Shown one piece after another: positions 49,496 to 58,838 of a stretch of DNA of 64,000 nt. The DNA is from an uncultured Gemmatimonadales bacterium (GTDB taxonomy: Bacteria; Gemmatimonadota; Gemmatimonadetes; Gemmatimonadales; Gemmatimonadaceae): NCBI GenBank assembly GCA_963793305.1, contig CAWBZV010000005.1, forward strand, positions 64,001-128,000, written 5' to 3'. Numbering within the stretch: the stretch's first letter is position 1; each line of letters starts with the position of its first letter. The notes beneath the pieces were generated by a model. It had not been told where the DNA came from, ran no database searches, and saw nothing but the letters and a program-made list of their open reading frames with translations. A program made the translations under genes and the position numbers.

Positions 49496-49878
49496 TCGTC
49501 GGCATCGGCCTGGACCTGATCGAGATTGAACGTGTGGGGCGCATGATCGCCATCAACGAAGAGCGAGCGTTGATGCGCCTGTTCACGTTTCGCGAGGTCG
49601 ACTATGCGAGTAAGCACGCGAACCCCATGCGCCACTACGCCGCGCGGCTCGCGGCGAAAGAAGCAGCCTACAAGGCCCTCTCTGGAAACAACCTCGCGCG
49701 CGCCGTGAGCTGGAAGGACATCGAGGTCGTGGTCCGCGACGATGGCCAACCGCTCCTCGAGTTCCACGGCCACGCGAAAAAGCGCGCGGCCGAGCTGGGC
49801 GTCACCCGCGCCTGGGTGACCCTGACCCACAGCGAGACCACCGCGGCGGCCGTTGTCGTCTTGGAGGATAGCCGATAA
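49492..49878 (+). CDS. acpS: Holo-[acyl-carrier-protein] synthase
   Basis: MIVGIGLDLIEI, FT..E, AAKEAAYKAL, G.P, VTLTHS. Confidence 0.95.
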   Translation: MIVGIGLDLIEIERVGRMIAINEERALMRLFTFREVDYASKHANPMRHYAARLAAKEAAYKALSGNNLARAVSWKDIEVVVRDDGQPLLEFHGHAKKRAAELGVTRAWVTLTHSETTAAAVVVLEDSR

Positions 49879-49889
49879 ATTCTGTCGGA

Positions 49890-52064
49890 ATGAAGCTTCT
49901 CTCGCTCTTGCTGGCGTTTACGACTGCCATCCCCATCCAGGCCCAAGAAGAGCCTGTCAAACGCCTAGCTAATATCGTGGGCGTCGCGATTGGTGAATAC
50001 GGCAAGGGCGTCGACGCCCAGGGCCACCTGATCTCGGCTCAGGAGCACGAAGAATCGGTCGGGTTCCTCGAGGACGCGGCCGGGGTAGCGGCCCGCCTCT
50101 CCGGCCCGCAGTCAGTCGCCGCCCGGGCGATCATCGATACGCTACTCACGGCCGCGCAAGGCAACCGCCCGCCACAGGAGCTCGCCGCGATCGGTGCGCG
50201 CCTCTCGACCGCGCTCGGCACTGCCGGCGCGCTCGATCTCCCGGCCCACGGCGTCGACCTCGGCGCCGGCGCCACGATATTCGCCAAGAACTGCTCGTCG
50301 TGTCATGGTGATCACGGGCAGGGCACGGGTCACGGTCCCGATGCGCCACCAGCGATTGGCACGTCGGCGGTGATGCACGGCGTGAGCCCGGCGCTCTCCT
50401 ACCGCGTCGTCTCGGTCGGTGTCCGTGGGACCGCGATGCCGGCCTGGGGTCCGTCGCTGACGGCCGACCAGCGTTGGAATACGATCGCCTATCTCACATC
50501 GCTCCGGTACCCGCTGGCGGAACGAGCCGAAGGGGAAGGGCTGTTCCTGCAGAACTGCGCCTCGTGCCACGGGGCGGCTGGCATCGGTTCGGCGCAATAC
50601 TCGCATGATCTCTCGCACGTTCCGCCAGCCATTGGCACGTTTGTCTGGCAGGCTGAGCGCAGCGATTCGGCATTAGTCGCGGTCATTCGCGCGGGCGTCC
50701 CAGGGACCGCCATGCCACCCAGTGGCCTCACGGATGCGCAGGCGCTGCGTGTTGTTGGTTTCCTGCGCTCGCTCGCGGTCCGGAGCGCGACGGTCGCGGC
50801 CGCGTCGACCGATTCGACGCAGGCGGGTTCGCGCGTGATGTCGCTCGTCAATCAGTGCTTGATTGACGCCCGCGGCGGGCGGATGCGCGACGCCGAGGAT
50901 CGCGCGTTCGACTCGTATATCGCGTTCGAGCCCCTCGAGACCGTCGCGAAAGCCAAGAACCCGGGTCTCATCGCGACGATGGAGCGGCATTTCGCCGATC
51001 TCAAGGGCGCGATCCACGCGAGTGATCTGCGCGCGGCGGAGCGGTCGCGCGACGCGATCGAGGTCGGGATGCCGGCGGTCATGACCCTCAATCAGCCGAC
51101 GACCGGCGGATGGAGCGCGTTCTTCCAGTCGTTCCTGATCATCGTCCGGGAGGGCTTCGAGGCGATCTTGGTCGTTGGCGCCGTGGTCGCCTTCCTGCTC
51201 AAAACCGGCCACCAAGAACGCCTGCGCTCTATCTGGATCGGCACATCCCTGGGCGTGCTCGCCAGCGCAGTGACGGCCGTGATCCTCGCCACGGTGCTGC
51301 GCGCGCTCCCGGCGTCGACCGAGATCATCGAGGGGGCGACCCTACTCGTCGCCGTCGCGGTGTTGTTCTCCGTCAGCTACTGGTTGATCTCGAAGGTCGA
51401 GGCGGCCAAGTGGCAGCAGTTCATCAAGGAGAAGGTGACGACCGCGCTGGCCCAGGGTGGTGGAACCGCGCTCGCGTTCGTGGCCTTCCTCGCGGTCTAT
51501 CGCGAGGGCGCCGAGACCGCGCTCTTCTACCAGGCGTTGTTCAGCGAGGGCTCGCACTTGGTGCTCCCCCTCGCCCTCGGCATCGTCATCGGTGGGGCGG
51601 CGCTGGCGGTGATCTTCACGCTGTTCTATCGCTTCGGCGTGCGCATCCCCCTGCGCCCGTTCTTCACCGTGACCAGCGCGCTCCTCTACTACATGGCGTT
51701 CGTGTTCGCCGGCAAAGGCATCCGCGAGCTGCAAGAGGGCGGCGCGGTACCTATTACGATCATTCACGGGTTCCCGACGGTCGAAGCCATGGGAATCTTC
51801 AACAGCGTCGAGACGCTGCTGGCGCAGTTCGTTCTACTCGCCCTTCTCGCGTTCGCCTTGGCGCGGACGTTCTGGCCGAAGCGCTCCGTACAGCTGCCCA
51901 CCGTGGCTCCCACCACTGCGGGCGTCGACGAGCGACTGGCGACGATTCAGTCTACGCTTGACGCGTTGGGCCGGCAGGTATCGGCTCTAGAGGAAGAGCT
52001 GTCGTCGGGTTCCGGCGCAAGTACATCCACGCCACCCCCCCGGCAGCGAACAGCAAAGCGATGA
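49890..52064 (+). CDS. Cytochrome c / FTR1 family iron permease fusion
   Basis: Signal peptide, two heme-c motifs (CSSCH, CASCH) each with a downstream GTAMP, and two REGxE motifs (REGFE, REGAE) in the FTR1 TM domain. Confidence 0.92.
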   Translation: MKLLSLLLAFTTAIPIQAQEEPVKRLANIVGVAIGEYGKGVDAQGHLISAQEHEESVGFLEDAAGVAARLSGPQSVAARAIIDTLLTAAQGNRPPQELAAIGARLSTALGTAGALDLPAHGVDLGAGATIFAKNCSSCHGDHGQGTGHGPDAPPAIGTSAVMHGVSPALSYRVVSVGVRGTAMPAWGPSLTADQRWNTIAYLTSLRYPLAERAEGEGLFLQNCASCHGAAGIGSAQYSHDLSHVPPAIGTFVWQAERSDSALVAVIRAGVPGTAMPPSGLTDAQALRVVGFLRSLAVRSATVAAASTDSTQAGSRVMSLVNQCLIDARGGRMRDAEDRAFDSYIAFEPLETVAKAKNPGLIATMERHFADLKGAIHASDLRAAERSRDAIEVGMPAVMTLNQPTTGGWSAFFQSFLIIVREGFEAILVVGAVVAFLLKTGHQERLRSIWIGTSLGVLASAVTAVILATVLRALPASTEIIEGATLLVAVAVLFSVSYWLISKVEAAKWQQFIKEKVTTALAQGGGTALAFVAFLAVYREGAETALFYQALFSEGSHLVLPLALGIVIGGAALAVIFTLFYRFGVRIPLRPFFTVTSALLYYMAFVFAGKGIRELQEGGAVPITIIHGFPTVEAMGIFNSVETLLAQFVLLALLAFALARTFWPKRSVQLPTVAPTTAGVDERLATIQSTLDALGRQVSALEEELSSGSGASTSTPPPRQRTAKR

Positions 52065-52797
52065 CCTGAGCAGTCGTGAAGGGCCCAAAGAACCGGTCGT
52101 CCTTGGCCCGGAAGAATTCGACGATAAACCGCTCGATGCCGGCCATCACGCAGTACAGCCCGAACAGCCATCCCTCGGCGTGCTTGTGGTTCCGGAAGCG
52201 CCAGAGAATCAAGAACATGATGAACCCCATCGTCACCTCGAACAGTTGCGTGGGGTACACCGCGAGCACGTCCATCGGCAGGACATTCGGCGGCAACTTC
52301 ACATGGAACTCTTGCACCATGTTGATGGCCGTCGACGGCGGCGCCCCTTCGGGAAATTGCACCGCCCAGTGCGAATTCCACGGGCGCCCGTAGTCGTCGC
52401 CCACGGCCCAACACCCGCTCCGCCCGATCGCGTATGCCGCCGCGATCCCCGGCGCCGCGGCATCGCTGATCGTCGTGAACTTCCACCCCTTGTACCGAAT
52501 CACGATCCACGACGCGATGATGCCGCCGATCAGCCCGCCCCAGAACACGAACCCAGCGCGCTGAAAGAGCTCGTGCCAGTCCCCTCTCAAGATCGCGTAA
52601 TAGATCTTCGCGCCCAGGAGTCCACCGACGACCGCGCCAAAGAGCACGTCCGACGTGACTTCCGGGTCTTTCCCGCGCTCCGAGAGGATATGCGCTGAGG
52701 AGATCTGCGCGATCCAGAACGCGAACAATACGGCGAGCCCGAATCCAGTCAGCTGAAACCAGCCGAGGCTGTACTGGAAGGGATGGTGGATAATCAT
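51952..52797 (-). CDS. lgt: Prolipoprotein diacylglyceryl transferase
   Basis: GAKIYY, GFVFWGGLIGG, IGRSGC...DDYG, PTQLFE, ERFIVEFFR. Confidence 0.92.
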   Translation of the reverse strand: MIIHHPFQYSLGWFQLTGFGLAVLFAFWIAQISSAHILSERGKDPEVTSDVLFGAVVGGLLGAKIYYAILRGDWHELFQRAGFVFWGGLIGGIIASWIVIRYKGWKFTTISDAAAPGIAAAYAIGRSGCWAVGDDYGRPWNSHWAVQFPEGAPPSTAINMVQEFHVKLPPNVLPMDVLAVYPTQLFEVTMGFIMFLILWRFRNHKHAEGWLFGLYCVMAGIERFIVEFFRAKDDRFFGPFTTAQVIALLFAAGGVAWMYLRRNPTTALPLEPIPAGPTRQA

Positions 52798-53771
52798 GCT
52801 AGACCAGGCAAGGGAAGTGTCGCGTACGCATTGATCTCGGGTCCCGCCGTTTCACCGCGCTCGAATCTAAACGCGCCCGCCCGCGCGATCATAGCGGCAT
52901 TGTCCGTCGCCAATCTCGGACTCGGCGCAAACACGGTCGCGTGCAGGTTCTCCCGCATCGCCGCCACCAGTGCCCGATTGCACGCCACGCCGCCGCCGAG
53001 CACCACCCGCTCTCGACGATACGCTCGCACGGCGCGAGCGGTCTTCTCCACCAGGGTGTCGATCAGGGCGTCCTGGAATCCACGGGCTAAATCAGCGGGA
53101 GCATGATCCGCCAATGCGAGGCGGACCGCGGTCTTGAGGCCGCTGAACGAGACGTTGTACTGATGTTGATCGGGTCGAAGCATCGGCCGCGTGAACTTGA
53201 TACGTGTCGGATCCCCGGTCGCCGCCAGCGACTCGACATGCCGACCGCCGGGGTACGGCAGTCCGAGCATCTTGGCGACCTTGTCGAATGCTTCGCCAGC
53301 CGCGTCGTCTCTCGTCGCGCCGAGCAGCCGATACTGCCCCCACGCCTCAACGTCAATCAGCAAGGTGTGGCCGCCGGAGACGAGCAGTGCCGTGAACGGA
53401 GGGACCGCGTCAGGATGCTCGAGCGACGCCGCGAACAGGTGGCCTTCCATGTGGTGCACGGGCACCAGCGGTATGCCGAGTGCTGCCGCAAGCCCCTTTG
53501 CGTAGGACAGGCCAACGAGCAGCGCACCAATGAGCCCTGGCGCATAGGTGACGGCAATCGCGTCGAGGTCGCCGAGCTTCGCCTGCGCGTCATCGAGCGC
53601 CCGCTGTACGACGGGCACGATGCTGGTGACATGTGCACGCGCGGCGATCTCCGGCACGACGCCCCCGAACACCGCATGCGCGTCCTGCGAAAGAATAACC
53701 AGCGACCGCAGTCGAGTGTCGAATACCGCGGCCGATGTTTCGTCGCATGACGTTTCGATGCCGAGGATCAC
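52794..53771 (-). CDS. tsaD: tRNA N6-threonylcarbamoyltransferase
   Basis: ILGIETSCDET, GGVVPEIAARAH, HHMEGH, SGGHT, DDAAGEAFDK, SFSGLKT, TDNAAMI. GTG 53771 overlaps the upstream TGA. Confidence 0.97.
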   Translation of the reverse strand: MILGIETSCDETSAAVFDTRLRSLVILSQDAHAVFGGVVPEIAARAHVTSIVPVVQRALDDAQAKLGDLDAIAVTYAPGLIGALLVGLSYAKGLAAALGIPLVPVHHMEGHLFAASLEHPDAVPPFTALLVSGGHTLLIDVEAWGQYRLLGATRDDAAGEAFDKVAKMLGLPYPGGRHVESLAATGDPTRIKFTRPMLRPDQHQYNVSFSGLKTAVRLALADHAPADLARGFQDALIDTLVEKTARAVRAYRRERVVLGGGVACNRALVAAMRENLHATVFAPSPRLATDNAAMIARAGAFRFERGETAGPEINAYATLPLPGLA

Positions 53772-53881
53772 CGGCCGTTCATGTGCGTGAATAACCACAG
53801 CGCGACGGCGAGAAAGAGCGCCACGGCCTTATACCCGAGGCGTTCCGTGAACGCCGCGACGATCCATTTCCGGAACTTCAC
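53768..53881 (-). CDS. 37-aa single-TM microprotein (resembles the YbbR/CdaR N-terminal anchor)
   Basis: MKFRKWIVAAFTERLGYKAVALFLAVALWLFTHMNGR; GTGA overlaps at both ends exactly fill the gap between the tlpA-like gene and tsaD. Confidence 0.7.
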   Translation of the reverse strand: MKFRKWIVAAFTERLGYKAVALFLAVALWLFTHMNGR

Positions 53882-54429
53882 GACGCCGGCTCGCGCAGCA
53901 ACTGCGTGACGAGCGCCCGATCCCCGGGCGAATCCCAGTCGGACGCGCCGATGACTTTCTTGCGAATGATGCCGTCGCGCCCAATGACGAACGTCTCCGG
54001 CACGCCGGTCGTCTGATACTGCCCGGTGATCCGGTTCGCCGAGTCGCGCAGGATGTCGAAGGTGAGCCCGCGCTTCGTGGCGAACGCGCGCACCGCCGAG
54101 TCGGTGGCCTCGGTATCGATGCTGACGGCGATGACCTTGAGCCCTTGGGGTCCGAGATCCTGATACAGTCGCTGGATCGCCGGCATCTCGACGACGCACG
54201 GCGGGCACCACGTGGCCCAGACGTTGAGCACGACGACCGATCCCCGATACGTGCCGAGACTCCGATCGTGTCGTGCTCCATCGACAGTCCACGCGTGGAA
54301 GTCGGGTGCCTTCGACCCGAGGCCGACGAGAAAGATCTCGTTGCTATTCCACCGAACCAGGGCAAACGCAGCCACCGCCAGTGCCCCGATCACGACGCCC
54401 ACCGCGGCCAGTTGCTGGCGAACGGTCAC
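53878..54429 (-). CDS. TlpA/ResA-family membrane-anchored disulfide reductase
   Basis: N-terminal TM, APDF, NVWATWCPPC..EMP, GVPETF. Confidence 0.93.
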   Translation of the reverse strand: MTVRQQLAAVGVVIGALAVAAFALVRWNSNEIFLVGLGSKAPDFHAWTVDGARHDRSLGTYRGSVVVLNVWATWCPPCVVEMPAIQRLYQDLGPQGLKVIAVSIDTEATDSAVRAFATKRGLTFDILRDSANRITGQYQTTGVPETFVIGRDGIIRKKVIGASDWDSPGDRALVTQLLREPAS

Positions 54430-55094
54430 GTCACGACCTCGACGGCTCGCCGCCGCAGCTCGCCGATCTCGGCCTTCGGATCTTTGGCCGCAAACACCGC
54501 GTGTCCGGCGACAAACGTGTCTGCCCCGGCCCGGAAGCACGTCGCGATCGTCTCGCGATTGATGCCCCCATCGACTTCCAATACTGCCTTACTGTGAACG
54601 CGCGTGAGCAGCGCTCGGGCTCGACCGATCTTCTCGACCGTGTGCGAAATAAATTGCTGCCCGCCAAACCCGGGATTGACCGTCATGACCAGAACGGTAT
54701 CCAGATCGGGCACGATGTCGAGCAGCACCTCGACCGGCGTGCCGGGGTTGATCGCGACCCCGGCCGCACACCCGAGCTCTTTGATGCGATGAATATGCCG
54801 GTGGACGTGAGGCGTGGCCTCCGCGTGGATGAGCATGCGCGACGCCCCGGCGGCGGCGAAGTCGTCGAAGTATTTCTCGGGCTGCCACACCATGAGGTGG
54901 ACGTCGAGCGGAAGCGTGGTCACCGATCGCACCGCCTCGATGACTTTCGTGCCGAACGTGAGATTCGGAACGAACTGCCCGTCCATGATGTCGACATGCA
55001 ACCAATCCGCGCCGCCAGCTTCCAAGCGCGCGACCTCCTCGCCGAGCCGCGCGAAATCGGCGCTCAAGATCGATGGAAGGATGCGCACGGTCAT
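54426..55094 (-). CDS. rpe: Ribulose-phosphate 3-epimerase
   Basis: PSILSADF, HVDIMDGQFVPN, DVHLM, MTVNPGFGGQ, EVDGGI. Confidence 0.97.
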   Translation of the reverse strand: MTVRILPSILSADFARLGEEVARLEAGGADWLHVDIMDGQFVPNLTFGTKVIEAVRSVTTLPLDVHLMVWQPEKYFDDFAAAGASRMLIHAEATPHVHRHIHRIKELGCAAGVAINPGTPVEVLLDIVPDLDTVLVMTVNPGFGGQQFISHTVEKIGRARALLTRVHSKAVLEVDGGINRETIATCFRAGADTFVAGHAVFAAKDPKAEIGELRRRAVEVVT

Positions 55095-55828
55095 GGCAAC
55101 CGCCCGGCGACGGTGAGCGACACGCCGGTCCCGGCTTCGACGGATGTGCCACCCGCGGGTGTCTGACTGACGATGGTTCCCTCGGGGTACGCCGCGGCCG
55201 AGTCGACGGTGATCACCGATGTGCGAAGCCCGAGCTGCTCGATGGCGGCCTTCGCTTGCGCAAAAGGTTGCCCCACGAGATCGGGCACGGTGACGGTCGA
55301 TGGTCCGGCGCTGACGACGAGTGTCACGATCGAAGGAAGGACCGCCTGTGTCCCGGCGACGGGCGTCGATGCCAACACCTCGCCGCGCGCCAGCGGGCTC
55401 TCGCGCATGGTGACATTGCCCATGGTGAGCCCGATCTTCTCCAGGGTCAGTTGTGCCTGTTCCTGGGTCAGGCCGACGACGTTGGGCACTTCGGTCCGTC
55501 GCTCGCCGGCACTCACGTCGAGCACCACCTTCGACCCGCGCGCCGCGGGTGCGCCCGCGGCGGGCGTCTCCTGCAGCACGGTCGATTTCGGGCTGCCGAC
55601 GTTGTAGCGCGATTCACCTTGCTCGGACTTGAGTCCCGCCGCGGTCAGCTTGTGCACGGCATCGTCGTACGTCAGGCCGAGCACGTTCGGGACCTTGAGC
55701 TCCTCGGGGACGAGCCGGGACGGGAAGATGAAGAAGAAAACGACCGCGTACGCCAGCAGGAACCCGCCCGCGGCGGCGATCACGTACGGCAGAAAGCGTC
55801 GGGCGTCGGCCAAGGACCGCCGACTCAC
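55091..55828 (-). CDS. Membrane-anchored PASTA-domain protein (3 PASTA repeats, no kinase domain)
   Basis: TM helix, then three VP(N/D)(V/L)xG...Q.P.(A)G repeats. GTG 55828 overlaps the rsmB stop. Confidence 0.9.
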   Translation of the reverse strand: MSRRSLADARRFLPYVIAAAGGFLLAYAVVFFFIFPSRLVPEELKVPNVLGLTYDDAVHKLTAAGLKSEQGESRYNVGSPKSTVLQETPAAGAPAARGSKVVLDVSAGERRTEVPNVVGLTQEQAQLTLEKIGLTMGNVTMRESPLARGEVLASTPVAGTQAVLPSIVTLVVSAGPSTVTVPDLVGQPFAQAKAAIEQLGLRTSVITVDSAAAYPEGTIVSQTPAGGTSVEAGTGVSLTVAGRLP

Positions 55829-57183
55829 AATCCTGCGGTCCTCCGCAGTCGCGCGGCGAACGCGCCATCCGTCCCATGCCGCTGCGGCAGCACACGGAGC
55901 CGGCCGGCATCCAACACCGCGGCCGGTACCGCGCCATCGGGCGGTGGCTCGAGCTTCCAATCGCGATGCTCGGCCAGGAACGCCTCGATCTGCGCGTCGT
56001 TCTCCTCGGGCTCGAGCGAGCACGTCGAGTACACCAGCAGCCCACCCGGCCTCACGATCTCCGCGGCGGCCCGCAAGATGGTCTTCTGGACGCCGCTCAA
56101 TACCGCCAGATCCGACAGCTTCAACCGCCACCGGGCATCGGGATGGCGTCTAAACGTTCCGGTCCCAGTGCAAGGCACGTCAACCAATACGGCGTCGACA
56201 GGTCGCACGGCGGGCGCTTGCCCTTCGGCGATGATGACGTGGACGTTGCGCGCTTCGACGCGCTTGATGTTGGCAGTCAGCCGCTGCACGCGAACCGGCG
56301 ACCGGTCAGCGGCAATAACCAATCCGGCCGTTCGAGTGAGCTCCAATGTCTTCCCACCCGGCGCCGCGCACAAATCAACGACCGTCGCCCCTGCCGGCAC
56401 GCACGCATACTGCGTGACGAGGGTAGAGGCGGGATCTTGCATAAAGAACAGTCCCTGCCGAAACGCCCCGAGCTCGGTGATCGATGCGGCTGAGCTGATC
56501 TGAATGCTGTCGCGTACCAGTGGCGGTTCCTCGACGCGCACCCCCGCCGACTCGAGCATGGCCTCCAGCTGCTCACGCACGACACCGTACGGACGGATAA
56601 CGACGGGAGCCTCGCGGTTGTTGGCGCGCAACAGTTGACGGGTTTCCTCGGCGCCCCACCGTGCCACCCACCTGGCTACGATCCACCGCGGATGCGAATA
56701 GGCAAGCGCCAACGCGTCGAGCGGATCACTCGGAGTCGGAGTCTCGAGCCCCCCAGCCTCGTCGCGTTCGCGATCGAGCCGTCGCAGCACGGCATTGACG
56801 AGCTTACTCGCGCCGAGCCCATGCCGGCGCTTCGCTAGCTCGACGGTCTGCGCGATCGCGGCGTACGGGGGGACGCTGCCCATGAACAGGAGCTGGTTCG
56901 CGCCGAGCCGCAGCAAGTCCGCGATATCGGCGTCGAGGCGCGCGAGACCGCCTCTCACGCGCGAGGAGAGCAAGGCATCGAGTTGCGAGCGGCGGCGCAG
57001 CATTCCGTAGACGAGCTCCTGGGTCCACCGCCGGTCTCTCGCGTCCAGCCGCCCGACCTTGTCCTCGAACGCCGGATCGAGCAGCGCTCCAGCGCGCAGC
57101 TCGGCGCAGATGTCCGCCGCGGCGACACGCGATTCGGTGACGCCACCGACCGGCGCCCGGACCGCCGAAGGATGCTCGCTCAT
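55825..57183 (-). CDS. rsmB: 16S rRNA m5C967 methyltransferase (Sun/Fmu)
   Basis: NusB-like N-domain (LVNAVLRR), SHPRW, QD.AS, DLCAAPGGKT, DVPCTGTG, YSTCS. In frame with thiG in this assembly. Confidence 0.94.
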   Translation of the reverse strand: MSEHPSAVRAPVGGVTESRVAAADICAELRAGALLDPAFEDKVGRLDARDRRWTQELVYGMLRRRSQLDALLSSRVRGGLARLDADIADLLRLGANQLLFMGSVPPYAAIAQTVELAKRRHGLGASKLVNAVLRRLDRERDEAGGLETPTPSDPLDALALAYSHPRWIVARWVARWGAEETRQLLRANNREAPVVIRPYGVVREQLEAMLESAGVRVEEPPLVRDSIQISSAASITELGAFRQGLFFMQDPASTLVTQYACVPAGATVVDLCAAPGGKTLELTRTAGLVIAADRSPVRVQRLTANIKRVEARNVHVIIAEGQAPAVRPVDAVLVDVPCTGTGTFRRHPDARWRLKLSDLAVLSGVQKTILRAAAEIVRPGGLLVYSTCSLEPEENDAQIEAFLAEHRDWKLEPPPDGAVPAAVLDAGRLRVLPQRHGTDGAFAARLRRTAGL

Positions 57184-57975
57184 GTCAGAATGTCCTGACG
57201 TGGGCGAGGACGGCACCGCAACTTCCCGTCTTGGCATCCGGCCGGCCAAATACGCCAGACGTCCGGCCTGCACGCCGAGCCGCATCGCCTCCGCCATGCT
57301 CACGGGGTCCTTGGCGGCCGCTATCCCCGTATTCATGAGCACCCCGTCCACGCCCTGCTCCATCGTGATGCACGCGTCAGACGCCGTTCCTACGCCGGCA
57401 TCAACGATGATAGGGACAGTCAGCCGATGCTTGATCGTGCGCACGCTATATGGGTTGAGGAGCCCGAGACCCGATCCAATGGGCGCCGCCAGCGGCATCA
57501 CTGCCACGGCACCGGCGTCCTCCAGTCGGAGCGCCGTGATCAGATCGTCATTCGTGTAGGCCATGACCTGAAAGCCTTCGGCCGCGAGGACTTTGGTGGC
57601 TTCAACAGTGCCAACTGGATCCGGGAGCAGCGTTTCTTGATCGGCGATGACCTCGAGCTTGATCCACTCGTTAAACCCAGCGGCCCGAGCCAACCGCGCA
57701 TATCGTGCAGCATCTACCGCGTTGGTGCAGCCAGCGGTATTGGCGAGCAAGAAATACCGCGCCGGGTCGAGATGATGCAGAATGCCAGCGTCATTCGACC
57801 GATCGAGATCGACTCTCCGAACCGCCACCGTCACGACCTCGGCGCCCGAGGCCTCAATCGCCCGAATCATGACATCGTTCGACGCGTACTTGCCCGTGCC
57901 GACGATGAGCCGGGACCGGAACTCCCGGCCCGCAATCACGAGCGTATCAGTCGTCGGTAGGATCAACGTGGCCAC
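57180..57975 (-). CDS. thiG: Thiazole synthase (stop codon probably lost through a 1-base insertion near 57192)
   Basis: SRLIVGTGKY, NTAGC, WIKLEV, MPLAAPIGSGLG, VDAGVGTASDA, SSP C-terminus. Confidence 0.95.
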
Positions 57976-57979
57976 GGTG

Positions 57980-58186
57980 TCAGCCTCCGCCGACGAAATG
58001 CACGAGCTCCAGGACGTCACCGGCCTCGAGCGCCAAGTTTCCGAACTCGTCCCGCTGGCGCAAGATCGTGCCGTTGCGCTCAACGACGACCATGCGCGCG
58101 TCGAGCCCGAGTCCGCCCAGCAGCCCGGCGACTGTCGTGCCCCCCGCGACCGTTCGCTGCGCTCCGTTGACCGTCAGCGCGATCAT
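57980..58186 (-). CDS. thiS: Sulfur carrier protein
   Basis: 68 aa; VNG, VVERNG, ELVHFVGGG C-terminus; upstream of thiG. Confidence 0.95.
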   Translation of the reverse strand: MIALTVNGAQRTVAGGTTVAGLLGGLGLDARMVVVERNGTILRQRDEFGNLALEAGDVLELVHFVGGG

Positions 58187-58239
58187 GGACGTGCCCGCCG
58201 CGACGTTCGCGGCACCCCGTTGGCAGTCAGCGCGATCAT
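58133..58239 (-). repeat. Diverged 53/54-bp tandem duplication of the thiS 5' end, forming an 18-codon mini-ORF (58183-58239)
   Basis: ATGATCGCGCTGACTGCCAACGGGGTGCCGCGAACG-TCGCGGCGGGCACG vs ATGATCGCGCTGACGGTCAACGGAGCGCAGCGAACGGTCGCGGGGGGCACG. Confidence 0.85.
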
Positions 58240-58838
58240 GCTAGGAAATATAAGTAGTCTCGCGCAGCCCGTGCGCTGTCCGCGGCGTGCCAGACGCCCC
58301 GAATAATCGCGACGCCATACGCTCCCGCGCGTTGCAGGGGCTCAACGTCGGACACCTTGACACCGCCAATGGCAATCACGGGCGCTCCGGCGCGTTCCGC
58401 GATCATCCGGACAAGATCAAGACCTTGCGCTGGCTTGGAGGCATGCGTCGGTGTCTCAAAAACGTGGCCTGCAATGACCCAATCGGCGCGAGTCGCCCTC
58501 GCGTGATGGACGCTCTCCCCGACAAGTAGCCGGGGCGCGATACGCCTAACGTCCGTTACGCCAAACGACCTCTCTCCGACCTGCACCCCCCCTGCTCCCG
58601 CAGCCAGCGCGACGTCGACGCGATCATTGACAACAAGCAGTGCGCCGTCGCCCGAAGCGCGCGGCGCTAATGCGACTGCAATGTCGTAGAGGAGTCGAGC
58701 CGAGGTATTGTGTCCACGGATGTGCAGCGCCCCACGGGACCCGATGGCAGCCAGCACGTCACTCGCCCGTGCCAGAAAGTCGGGCGACCGCAGGATGTCG
58801 TCGTCGGTGATGACGTGGAGGACAGGAAGCGCACTCAC
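58236..58838 (-). CDS. thiE: Thiamine-phosphate synthase family (ThiE/TenI)
   Basis: LVVNDRVDVA, GESVH, VFETPTH.SK, VIAIGG. Could instead be the TenI paralogue. Confidence 0.8.
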   Translation of the reverse strand: MSALPVLHVITDDDILRSPDFLARASDVLAAIGSRGALHIRGHNTSARLLYDIAVALAPRASGDGALLVVNDRVDVALAAGAGGVQVGERSFGVTDVRRIAPRLLVGESVHHARATRADWVIAGHVFETPTHASKPAQGLDLVRMIAERAGAPVIAIGGVKVSDVEPLQRAGAYGVAIIRGVWHAADSARAARDYLYFLA

